From Laetmonice hystrix (taxonomy: Eukaryota), in the NCBI GenBank assembly GCA_965235115.1, contig OZ249436.1, positions 9,860,001 to 9,920,000 on the forward strand: a DNA stretch of 60,000 bases, in the 5' to 3' direction. A program made the translations under genes and the position numbers. This document shows, one piece after another, positions 1 through 11,701 of the stretch. Within the stretch, counting starts at the first letter, position 1, and the number at the start of each line of letters is the position of its first letter. Below the pieces are notes generated by a model, which saw only the letters and a list, made by a program, of their open reading frames with translations, searched no databases and was not told the DNA's origin.

Positions 1-1073
1 GGTCTCACCAGGGTGGAATGAGCTGCACGCGGTTACCGCGGTTACCGGTGCTGGGTGGGGGCACCAGGCAGTGGCTGCAGCCAGCTCCAATTTATCAAAC
101 TATGTTCCCTTTCTTACCCTTGATTTAATAGCACGAGGTCGTGCATGGGCACGGTTAAAATTAGCTACAGTAGTCGCTACTATGAACTCATGGAGATTGT
201 GGTTTGTGGCTTGCAGTACACAGAGCTTCACGATGAAACTACTGCCACACACACTGCCGTCATGAGGCAGTTACCGGTGTAACAGAAGAACATGATCAAA
301 GGAAATATTAGTGCTCCTCATACAAATGCAATTAACTATACAGCTCAACTTTAACACAATCAAGTATCAGGATCTACAATACAAGATCTACAATTACCTA
401 AAATAAAACTGCTGGACCTATAATAGCTGCCATAAAAAGGTTCTACAACAAGGGTAACGCTCAGCCTTCACGAGGGCTTCTGTTAGTGTGCATCTCTGAC
501 ATTCTAGCAAAATTTATACCCAGAGAAAAAATCAGTAAAATTGTTAAATACAAACAAAATATTCTATTCTTATTCATACACAGCATTCCCCACCTGTCAG
601 CGTCCTTGACCAGATCGATCATGGCCCAACTAACCGGGCTTCAAGTACCCTCTTGCAAAAATAAGGGATTAATATAGGGGAATTTTTTTTTTAAATGGTG
701 ATGGTTGCTAGGCAAGCAAAAAGGTATCCCATTCCCAACTTGATATAATAAGTTGGAGCCTGATTGAATAGAAAAGATTTCAATTTCACGTTCTTTGTAT
801 TTTTGAGATACAGTCCATGTGAGATCATCCATCATACATTAGTCACAAAGAAACTTATGTCTTCATCCATCATTTGGAGTAAGTGGTTTTCTTGAAGTGT
901 TTTCGAGATATGAATTGTCGAAAATGTCCCGAATTGATTGAGTTACAAATGAGACTTAACCCTTTCTAGATTGTCCCCTTACGGCCAAGACGTGCACTAG
1001 TGATGCCGTAATAATGGAGTGCATACATGTGCCGTAAGGACGGGCCTTTCTGTGATAACGGATTGCCTCCCAT

Positions 1074-1444
1074 CAGGGTTCCCACAGAAATCTGATATTT
1101 GAACCAATTCCATGACTTTTCCATGATGAAATACCTATTTTCCATGACTAGTTGAAAGCATGATGAAGGTTGAAAGAGAATGATTGCGAGAAGACGCCAC
1201 ACAAACTGTAGCGCAAAAATATTAATAAATGCAGAACTGAAAACTGGAAGACTGCCATAGCCAGGGACAACAAATTACACGAGAATGTGATGGCACATGA
1301 TCATCGATTCCATGACTTTTCCATGACCTTTTCCTTTGCATTTCACCTTTCCATGACTTTTTGAAAAATTACACTTTTCCATGACTTTTCATGAGTGTTT
1401 TTTTTCCAGGATTTCCAGGATTTCCGGGACACGTGGGAACCCTG
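1074..1444. mobile_element. Non-autonomous DNA transposon, CAGGG termini, 7-bp TSD
   Basis: TIR CAGGGTTCCCAC/GTGGGAACCCTG; CTCCCAT duplicated at 1067-1073 and 1445-1451; internal TTCCATGACT repeats. Confidence 0.8.
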
Positions 1445-2315
1445 CTCCCATGCTCCCAATCACTGTCATCCCCAGAAAAAATATCCATGTTTTAGACAAA
1501 AGTAGGGATTTGAGTCTAGAGTTGGTCTAGGTCTAGCGTAGCTAGCACTCAATGACGTTACGTCATGATGCTGCGATGTGGCTCTATACAAAATGGGCTT
1601 TGGCAAGGCATCACCCGTTTAATTTAATACAACTTCCTAACTTTAGTTTATAGAAAGTATATGTTACCTTGTTCACTTATATTTAAGCTGAACACAAAAA
1701 AAATTATCTTGCTTGTTGTGACAATGTCCCTCATATGCCTTCCCTTGTCACCGAGTTTGAAAGAAATCCTGACAATTATCGCTCCAGATGTCTTTATATC
1801 CAAGATGGCCACCAAGCAGCTCCATTTTGAATGATGTTTGACCTGTATCATCTTTAAAGTTAGACTGTCCCTAGTTATAATGTAATGTAATATTATGTTT
1901 CATACAAGATTACGTCGTTATTAACTGTTTTGAGGGTACAGGCTGTTACTCATGACCTTGATTAACCTTTCAAAGTTGCTCAAGGACATGGAAAATGGCG
2001 CCGAACGAAACTAAATTCCTATCTATCAATAATAGTAACTATTGCGTTATCATTATCTTGCACCGTTTTTGAGATATGAGCCAAAACGCTTTTATTTGAT
2101 GGTGAAAAAACAATGACCACCATGTCGTGATATTTGCTCTGAACTCAGAATATATGTCAGCATTTGTTTATTGTCTCTGGTTGGGGATAAAGAGGCAAGG
2201 ACAATTTACAATTTGCCTGTTGCTCTATGGCCAACTCTATAATGAAAGCATACAAAACTTTGGTCTCAGTGAAGCAGTGATTTGAACCATAGCTGAAAAA
2301 AATATCATTGCTTAC

Positions 2316-5300
2316 CTTCTTCTGCTAAATCTTTGTTTACGACTAATTTCCCATGCCTCAGGTAGTTTAGTACTGGGCCAAAGTAGGTTGGATCACGGTC
2401 AATCAGATATGCTCCATTTTCGTCCTGAAAAATATGAATAAATATATAATAGACCTCTATGTAAAATACAATCAGTAAAAAGTTCACAGTTTGGTACTGC
2501 ATTTTATCGATACCACTGCTGACCTGTACAAGACAATAGCAAAGAAATGGTAAGCAGGCTTCCCACGCGTTAAGATGGATGGATGGATGGATGGGATGGG
2601 ATGGGATGGGATGGGATGGGATATGGGATGGGATATGGGATATGGGATATGGGGGATGGGATGGATGGATGGATGGATGGATGGATGGATGGATGGAGGG
2701 AGGGAGGGAGGGAGGGAGGGAGGGAGGGAGGGAGGGAGGGAGGGAGGGAGGGAGGGAGGGAGGGAGGGAGGGAGGGAGGGAATCCTTCACTGGCTTCATC
2801 AGACACTTACTCACAACTGACACATTCACTACTGACTCTAATTATCCCATTTCCCCCCCGAAGTTGCCTTGCCCTTTTTTAATTCGGCTGCCAGACTCTG
2901 GCAGTTACATGTGAACTCGGATCAGGGTGATCTCAGCCCGAAATTATAAACTCGCCCCAGTACCTTGGCCTTTTAGTCACTAACTTTTCAGGCTGGTGTC
3001 AAAGCAGCTGTCGCAGTTGAGCCTCGCCCGCCTTGGGCCAACTTCACCACATCTTTCCAACATCCCCTAGATATGGGCCGAGATCACCGTGGTCTGAGGT
3101 CACCAGTGCTGGGCCGAGTTTACCAGGGGGGTGTTTCACTAACAGCGACAGACAGTCCGACCGGACGACAGACTGACCGTCTGTGTCTTAAAAAAGTGTT
3201 TCTAAACTGTCCGACCCAGTCGGACTGTCCGACTTTCTAGGAGTAGGACTACTCAGGAGTTGTCCTACACGGCAGTCGGACCAAAAAACATGGTGGACCA
3301 ACTACTGTTTGATTCTCGACATGTCAACTTTGGCTGCCAATTTGAGAAATTTCTTCGTCCTTACTAATGTTAAGTGCACTCCTCAGGACTGTAGTGAAGG
3401 TTTTCATATTTGTATTCCTATCCTGATTAGATGTATCTGATAATTATAGCATTTATAGAGATCGACTGTTTACAAGTGAACCGATATGCTGCAAGCATGT
3501 GGCTGTGCCAGATTGACCCACTTAGATTGTGACGTAATCTTCTCAAACCTCAATATATGACCCGGAAGGCAAACATTGACCTTGGATCAGGACAACGTTA
3601 GCAACGTATCTTTAGCCAAAAAGTGACAGGTTTTATATCTATTAAATATATAAAATCTGCATCATACAGGCTAATGACAGACGATTACACAATGAAAATC
3701 AGTGCGAACTATTGCCGAGTGAGAAGATGTCTCAAAACCTCTTTTTTGTACATCACAAACTGCCAGAAAATATATAGATCAAGGCTTGGGAAATGCACGC
3801 TTGTTCGACGTGGTATTGTGACGTCGCTCTTTGTTTGCTACTATTGTCATGTCAGCATGGCAGCGTCGGACAGTCCGTCTCAGTCGAAATACGCATGGAC
3901 AACGTTAGTGAAACACCTCATGGGCATTGTCCGTGGCAATTCTGACTTTTCATCCGACAGACGGTCCGACCCGGTTGGACAAGTAAACGTTAGCGAAACA
4001 TCCCCCAGTACCCGACTCTGCCTCTGGGGCCCGTTTTACTAATAGCGAGCACAGTGATTTTAGACGAAGTATAGTCAATGCGTCCGATCGCCAAAGTGTC
4101 CGCTGAGTCAATGCGTCCGGGGGCTAGTCAAAGTGTCCGATGGGGAAAGTCAAAGTGTCCGCGGTCGTTAGTCAAAGTGTCTGAGGTCGTTAGTCAAAGT
4201 GTCTGAGCACAGACTACCACACATAAATGAATAAAATCCGACAGAAAATGGTGGATCTTAAATATTAAATTGGAAATAAAACCTGGCCACCTTTAGCTTT
4301 AGCCCGGCAGGTGAGCCAGGGTTCGTACTGCCCGCCCGGGCTTGACCAGGCCTGAACCCCGGGCCCGCGGCCTGCCTTGCGCTCTCGGTCCGGTGGGAGA
4401 TCTCGGCCGGCTGGCCGGGCGGGCGGTCGGCCTTGATTGGTTCACAAAACGACTTGTTTACGGATTGGCCTAAGGCTAGGAGGCCAAGTATTTCTTCTGT
4501 GACTGGCGACTGACTCGGACACTTCTACCGGCGGACACTTTGACTCCCATTGGCGGACTCTTTGAGAATACACGGCATATGAGCCCGTCGCGATTTGAGC
4601 CCGTCACTTGAGCCCGCCGGGTTAAACCCCGCGAGGGTCCCGTCAAAGCAGAGCCTATAGCGGCGCCCTGGTGCCGGTTGGTGTAGGTCAGCCAATTATA
4701 ATCCAATTCTCGGCAATTGTTCAAAAGATTATATAGATCCGCCTAGCCATATCCCGCTCTCTACCGACCGGCTGAGGCCCCTGCTTCAACAAGCCCAGGC
4801 CGAACGGCCCGGCCGAGGGCAAGGCCCATACAAGTCCCGGCCGATCGGACCGGCCGAGGCCCCCTACAACTTAGCCCGGCAGCGAGCGAGCCGCTGGCGG
4901 TCCCGTAGCAGCTTGAGCGAGTAAGCGAGCGGGCGAGTGACCGGCCACCGCTCCCTCGCTCACCCCGGGCAGGCTCGGCGGCTCCCCGAGGGGCTCATAT
5001 GACGGGATCATTTCGCGGCGGGCTCAAGTGACGTGATACCCTCTTTGACTCTAACGGCAGACACATTGACCCAAGCGGCGGACACATTGACTCGGACGCT
5101 TTTACCATCGGACACTTTGACCAACCCCCTTTTAGACGTAGTATTTTTCGACCTTTAGTATGATATTTAGCATGATAGTAAAACCGGCCCCTGGCTTGTT
5201 GTTGGAGTAGCAGCCAGTAGGGTCTGGGAGCGGGATCAGGATGGGATGGGACTGGGACTAACCTACCTAACCTAACCTACCTTGTCGGAATTGAGATCTG

Positions 5301-5475
5301 GATCGTCTTGGCACAATCTATACAAGAAAGACTTGGGGTCTCTGCTTAATGTGGTCCGTGTTGTTTGAAATAATGTTCCTCCTACGTTCAATTTTACCCA
5401 TGCATCTTTCCTCACTGACCGAGAGTCGGTTTTGTTATCGTGAACATGGTTCACTTCCATCCTCTCCGCCGCCAT
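2316..5475 (-). CDS. KCTD5: BTB/POZ domain-containing protein KCTD5/KCTD2/KCTD17-like, 5' part (exons 1-2; remainder not found in window)
   Basis: Exon 1 5475..5281 (MAAERMEV...[40 protein letters not shown], donor GTAGG); exon 2 2424..2316 ([44 protein letters not shown] acceptor, GTAAG donor). Diagnostic KCTD5-subfamily T1/BTB motifs; paralog identity not resolvable. Confidence 0.92.
2574..2780. repeat. Compound microsatellite (GGAT)n/(GGGAT)n/(GGGA)n
   Basis: Directly visible; source of spurious low-complexity ORFs. Confidence 0.95.
3127..4005. mobile_element. PIF/Harbinger-like MITE
   Basis: TIR GGGGGTGTTTCACTAAC / GTTAGCGAAACATCCCC; CAG duplicated at 3124-3126 and 4006-4008; subterminal GTCCGAC/GTCGGAC repeats. 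Confidence 0.75.
4027..5190. mobile_element. PIF/Harbinger-like MITE interrupted by a nested element
   Basis: TIR GGGCCCGTTTTACTA / TAGTAAAACCGGCCC; CTG duplicated at 4024-4026 and 5191-5193. Confidence 0.75.
4067..5129. mobile_element. GC-rich Mutator/foldback-like element with 9-bp TSD
   Basis: TTTTAGACG duplicated at 4058-4066 and 5130-5138; tandem AGTCAAAGTGTCCG subrepeats at the left end, inverted copies CGGACACTTTGAC at the right end. Confidence 0.7.
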
Positions 5476-5751
5476 GATGGGTTCTGACAACTTGCTCACG
5501 AACTCACGAGAATAGGTGGGAAATTTATTCATAGAGCTGAAAATAGATCAAACCATGGTTATGATAAAAATATTGTAAGAAAATATTCTTAGGATCACCT
5601 CATTTATAAGTTTATAGCTTAATTAAAATTATGTGTATTCTCATTTCTAGCGAGATTTTAACGAGAGTTATAGCCTCCATATTGTCATCATCAGTGGGGA
5701 GAGGAGTTGGAAGAAGGGTGTGCTGCATCCAAGGACTGCAAAGCATAAATT
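5476..5751. promoter_or_regulatory. Putative bidirectional promoter KCTD5-like / ATP5PD
   Basis: Divergent ATGs at 5475 (-) and 5752 (+) separated by only 276 bp, AT-rich core. Confidence 0.7.
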
Positions 5752-8700
5752 ATGGCAGCACGCAGAATTGCAAAATCTGCAGTAGAATGGGCTGCATTTG
5801 CAGAACGTGTGCCACCCGCACAAAAGGATGCCTTTCGTGCTTTCAAGGCTAAATCGGACATGTTCATAAGCAAGTGAGTGCCGGTTTCAGAGTCCGACGT
5901 CAACAACATCAAACTATTCAAAGTCACAGGGGTCAAGCTCGCTGACAGAGAGATTGAATGAAAACTGAGCTTGAATCAACCTGACGCAGATAATGGCATA
6001 AGTAGCCTAACTGAATGACGGGTAGTCCGAGATCTGTCACTAAGTACCATGTCACTGAGTCAGCAGTTGTGGTTATTTTAATTTTTGGAAGATAATATGA
6101 CATTGTCATTGACCATAATGTTGACAATGAATGATATGACATAGGCCTATGTTCAGATTTCAGGGAGTGTATGACTATGACTGAGTGTGAGACCCAGTCT
6201 CTATGACTATAATGTGCACGTCATGTCCCAGAGGCCAGACGAATACACGGAGTATGAGCCCGATGCCATGCGAGCCCTTGATGTCAGCCCCTCCTAGTCC
6301 TATTCTGTCCTGAGCCGGTTTAACCCCAGTGAGGGTCCCATCAAAGCGTACGGTGGCGGGGTGTGTTGCGTAAATCCCGCTTGTTAAAATCCTCTGCTCA
6401 CTGTCAGTTAACGGGATGTTGTGTTGCATAATACATTCCCACACACTACACTGACTACAGAGACCGTGAAACAGTTTAGACAGTGGGGGGGGGGGGGAGG
6501 GGGCTGCAGTTTGGGATGGCAGTCACGCAAATACTAATATGATGTAGGTGCTACCTAGAGGGCGAGCGCAGCGACGGGAGGCCTACAATATTATAAGTAC
6601 ACACTGTATAACAATATACAATGTCAGGACTGGTCACTTAGCAGCACGGACGTCGGGATATTGTGGCGTCACAGTGAACAAACACTCACGCGACTGTTTG
6701 TTCACTGTGACGTCACAAATCACACACGCTCTGAAAGGGTCACATGACCCTCCATGGATTTCTCCATGGATTTGCTCCATGGTTTTTCCGGTTCCGGTTT
6801 TACGTGACGAAATTTTTTGGTGAGACAGTATGTGTCACCTTGGCAACCCTTTCACACGTGTTAATCATAGAGCTCGCTTCGCGAGCCGCTGCGCGGCTCG
6901 CTTGCGCTCGCTATTAGAGATTTTTTTATTAAAACGGGTGCCTAAAAAGGTCGCCGCAGTGAGAATTTTTTTATGCAACACACCCCAGACTATGCCAATT
7001 TGATCAGTCGACAATATAGCGAAAAATCTGGTCGCCTAAACTAACAGGAATTCGTCGCAATAATTGTCAGAAAACTTTTATTTATAAGATAAAATGTTGA
7101 CTGGAGAATGAAGTGTACACTTCACTTGGGACATGGAGTCTGAAATACTGGGACATGGCGCGCATGAAACATGGAGTCTCACCCTGTTTAAGTGTCGTGG
7201 TCTGTTTTCTCTGCCAGTCTGCAATCTCTGGGCGCATGGTTTTCTATTGTTTAGAGGCTGAACCTGACTAAGTGAGCATGTGTGTGTCACAGTTTGGGCT
7301 CACACCTCCTGTGGGGACACTTGTCAAAAAAAGTATTGTATGGGTGAGATCTGGGCCAAATTTGGTGCTTTTTGAAGAATTTGAACCAAGTGGTGCCAAT
7401 AATGCCCTGACTGTAGTTGGATGAGTGGCTGCCTTAATTTTGACGTATCAGGCTTTCCTGGAGATTTTGGACTTTTGGGGGGGAACGCTGCGAGTTTGGG
7501 GGGGGGGGAGAGAGTAATGCAAAATATTTCCCCCTGGAAATTTTTTTTGGGGGAGTAGCTGAATAATGGGGGGGGGGGCGAGTCCCCTCCCCCCCCCCCA
7601 AAAAAAAAGGGCCTGCAGGAAACCCTGCCTATGCACAGTGTATTGCAGCACATCATCTTTTAATCACTCCAATTTGAGGAATTTTCAATGGTACCATGCA
7701 CACTGGTCCGGCGCAATAAGTGTGTGCAGCAAAATTCACTCTCCAATGCAATTTGTTTGCTGCAATGCCCTGTGCTGCATCTGTGTGCATTGGCCTTAGG
7801 AACCTAGGTCAAGTGAAGCTACTGGGGGGGGGGGGGGGGGTGGCATGTTTAAGTAAAACTCATAGATTATTCAGGTACTGAATATAGCATTATTGTTTTT
7901 GTTTTGCAGAGTGCACAGTAAACCAGAGAACCTACCTACCATCGACTGGGCTTTCTACAAGTCAAGGGTTGCATCACCAGCCGTGGTTGACCAGTTTCAG
8001 AAAGCAGTATGTGCAGTCAATTGCAGACTATGCTCTTTCTGATCTTAAGTTGTATAATTGTTAGTTAGGGATTGGTCAAGTGCAATATTGATGCTATTTT
8101 TAATGGGGGCGGCAGTAATGAAATCGGGGCATGATATAATCCTAATTTCATAGGGAATTTGACTGATCGGCATTTCTCCACACTGTTGCAAAACAAAAGA
8201 TAGATAGGAATCAGGCGATTTGCATTTAGTGGCAAATTGCTAAGAATGGCATGTTAACTGACCATATAACTAAATAAGTTCAGATTTTGCAGCATGCATG
8301 TCTTTAAATTAAGAGAGAATGGCCTTGACAGTCCTTCCAAAGTGGTTAAATTTTTTTGGTGAAATTTGGTGCACATGCTGGTTCCTTCTTCATTAAAAAT
8401 GTACACAGTTGGAGTGACATGAATGAAATATAATGCAGTATTTTACTATAAAAAAAAAGACTCCTCCCCCCCCCACCCATGTGGAATTTCAAGGCTGGCC
8501 GCATACACAATGACATTGTATTATCTGCTTCAGAAAGCAAACTGAAGCTGATGATAACAGATGTGGATACTTTTATTTTCCAGTATGAAAGCCTTGCCAT
8601 ACCTTACCCAAAAGATAAAGGCAATCTGAAGGCAGAAGTGGATGCACAAGAGAAGGAAGCAGTAAGAGATCAAAATTATTATGATTTCATTAGTATTACT

Positions 8701-9530
8701 AGTAAATAGTAATACAACGTATTTATGCGAGTGATTTTTTAAATGTGCATCTTTTGAACTTAAGCTATCAGATTAATCATTGAAACTATTTTTGAACAGA
8801 AGTGCATAATGCAAAGTCTACTTTGCAAATCAGAGGATATGATTAGGTTAATGGTGAGACAGTAACATCTTCTATTTGTGCTTTTCCTAGGCTGAGGTGT
8901 CTAAAAAGTTTATAGCAGATTGCCAGGCAGTTTCCAAGGATGCACAGAGTCTGGTGAGTCGCTTCTAGAAATTTCTAGAAAAATTCTGCAGAATATACTT
9001 GTTATTAAACTTTAAAAGACCAACTATTATGAATATCCAGTCAACCAACCCAGAAATACAAGATTCGGGTCAAACATGCAATGGCTGTGAACAGTAAATG
9101 GTCACAAATTCAAGTCGGGGACCATTAGCCAAATGAAATTATTCCAATGTACATGCGTGTTTATTGAGAGCGTAGATTGTTTTTGAGGTAGGGTGATGGA
9201 ATAATATGAAATAAAAAGATATTGGTGGGGGATGCAGATGTAGTACAAAGCAATTTAGTTCTTGTTTTTTCTAAGGATTTTACAAGTCAGTGGGATCTTA
9301 CATTGTGTTTATTGTGGTTGATGCATTAGCTGTGTATAATTGACTTGTATTATTTTCCTTTTCTTCCGTCGCTAAAGTTGAACAAGATTGATTCCTTGCC
9401 TCCTTTGGATGAAATGACACACGAGATGTATGCAGAGTACTTCCCTGACATGGCACTCTCAGTGAATAAGCCATCCATCTGGCCCCACAACAAGGCCAGC
9501 CAGCCTGGCACTCCAGGCGAGATCAAATAA
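5752..9530 (+). CDS. ATP5PD: ATP synthase subunit d, mitochondrial (complete, 5 exons, 170 aa)
   Basis: Exons 5752-5873, 7910-8006, 8584-8661, 8891-8953, 9378-9530 total 513 nt, phases consistent; MAARRIAKSAVEWAAFAERVP...PENLPTIDWAFYKSRV...YESLAIPYPKD...LPPLDEMTHEMYAEYFPD...IWPH. AATAAA at 9663-9668. Confidence 0.95.
6555..6915 (-). mobile_element. Short putative Helentron/HINE-like element
   Basis: Begins CTAG, GCGAGCG-type subterminal inverted motifs, terminal hairpin GCGAGCCGC-tgc-GCGGCTCGC, internal perfect 18-bp stem 6667-6712. Confidence 0.4.
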
Positions 9531-10046
9531 AGCAGCTGGATGGAACTTCCTTAAACCCAGTGATCCGTGAAGAGTATCACAAGAAGGGTCGATCTGACCA
9601 TGTTGTTTTCTGATCGTCCTAAAATTTAGAGTGTGCCAGTACAGCATGTAAGCTCTTGTATGAATAAATTGTTGACCAAGGACAGAGATTTGTGCTCCCT
9701 TTTCCATTCGAGTTCTGGAAATCAGTATCCAATCCATAAATGAGAGAGATTATAGTTTGTAATCCTTCCTATGAGAGTGGATATGGGCAAATGGAATTAC
9801 TTCCGTATTTGGTGCATTTTGGCAATGTAGACAAATCGTTTCATTTAGATGTGGTTAGATTCAAACAAATACTCTCTAAGGCTTACTAAAACTTCTATCG
9901 GAATCGCTTCACTTGCCCATCTGTAGTGCGCGAGTCGCTGCCCTGACGATGTGTCGCCACCTGTTTTTAAGTGGGTGAATGCTGTCCCTAGGCATTGAAA
10001 ACAAACGTGCCTTTCTGTTCTGAATCCGTCTCCTTGTCAGTCTATA

Positions 10047-10265
10047 TATATTCCCAATTAAAGCACTGGGCGTTTGTGGGAACACCATTGTAATAGTCGA
10101 TATAATAATTATATTCCCAATTAAAACAATGGGCATTTGTGGGAGTACTATATTGTAGTAGTCGATATATATTCCCCTTAAAACAATGGGCGTTTGTGGG
10201 AGCACTATATCGTAATAGTTGATATATATTCCCCTTAAAACAATGGGCGTTTGTGGGAACACCAT
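10047..10265. repeat. Minisatellite, ~60-bp unit, ~3.7 copies
   Basis: Repeated ATATTCCC...AAAACAATGGGCGTTTGTGGGA..CAC.AT unit. Confidence 0.85.
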
Positions 10266-11701
10266 GGTTATTGGTATAAAGGTAATACCCGTACAGCTCG
10301 TAACTAGACATGCAGATTGCAGGCAATCAGGTATCCCGTTCCTCTATGGATGTATCTAGAAAGGTTCTGTATAGCATGAAAGCAAGTCAATCATACCAAT
10401 TATGAGCATAGGGTTACAAGAGAAAGACTGTAGGAAAGGTATATTCCAAATCTGGAGAAGATTCTCCAAAAAATGAGGGAGTAGATGCATTTTGACCAGT
10501 AATGAGCATAGGGTACCGACAGACCACTTAGACACCTGTGTACACAAAAATTTCTTCAAAATAAAAAATATAAAAATGAATACCAAAAAAAGGGTTGACA
10601 TAGGTGGGATTTGAAGGCAATACCCTTGTCATAAAATTCCCACACATCTGTTCACACACATATTTTGTGTTTCTGTAAATTCATGACCACAGTAATTTAA
10701 AAGTACTAAGTAGAAAATATTTTTAAAAAATTATAAAATCATGCCATGGATAGGATTCGAATCCACGACCCTTGGGAAGAAAGTCCTACACTCTACCACA
10801 GCACCATCCGTGCACGCACACAATTAGTAGAGTCCTGCAATAAATGAATGACCATTGCCATAGGCATAGAACTAAACAACGATGAATTACATCATACCGG
10901 GGAGACGCCATAGCAGGCTTATAAAGTCCCCTATTGTAAGAGAGCTATTTACCAAGATTATCAGAGGTAGAACATATATAAATAAATGAAAACGGACCTC
11001 TGGCATGAAGATCAGACACTGTACCACTAAGCCATCTGGGCACACACTCAATTTGTTGAGTGTAGCTGTAAATGAATCACCATAGTGGTAGATAACTGTG
11101 TGTTACGTCATACCATCGTTACGTCATAGCAGGCTTATAAAGGACGCTTAGTGGAAGAGAATTATGCCATTATCATTAGATATCAACGAAATTCCACGAA
11201 CTTCCTCATTACATGCAAAATAGACAAATTTCAAAGTCACGTGACTCAGCGATATGACGTCATATTTTAAAAAAAGCTGCCATTAATCGATCAGCCCCAC
11301 TATGACGAAGCTATAAATCAAATTTGGGGAAGATTCTGCAAAAAATGAAGGAGTAGATAGATTTTGACTGTTTTCTATGGCTTGACCTGTATGTCAGAAA
11401 GGTCAAAGGTCAAAGGTCAAATGTATGTGGTAAATGATAAAGGTACTAGTCGTAAGTGAGATGACATGAATAAGTTTTGTGTATCTCTGACTGGAAGTGT
11501 ACCACGTGATATCAAAGTTGCCAGCTATAAAACGTCATAACATAACGTCATGACGTCACATGACATATTCCATCATATTTCGAGGTCTCCATGTCATGAA
11601 GTATCTAGCCTGAAAGTTTCATCCAGATATCTTGAAAACTGAGGGAGATATTCACCAGACCTTAACTACAACTACAACAACTACTACTACTACTACGACA
11701 A

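Noticed and set aside
2305..2914. ORFs with PPSL/GGRE/MDGW repeats (also 48442-48878)
   Set aside because: Translations of microsatellites; only 2316-2424 is a real exon.
9909..10040. Protein-like segment LTRRRIQNRKARLFSMPRD...RWRHIVRAATRALQMGK on minus strand
   Set aside because: No recognisable family, poor acceptor, phase incompatible with TMF1; may be a repeat remnant.
10047..10265. Regular repeats as possible CRISPR array (also 17635-17923, 58562-58697)
   Set aside because: No unique spacers, no cas genes, eukaryotic context; simple minisatellites.
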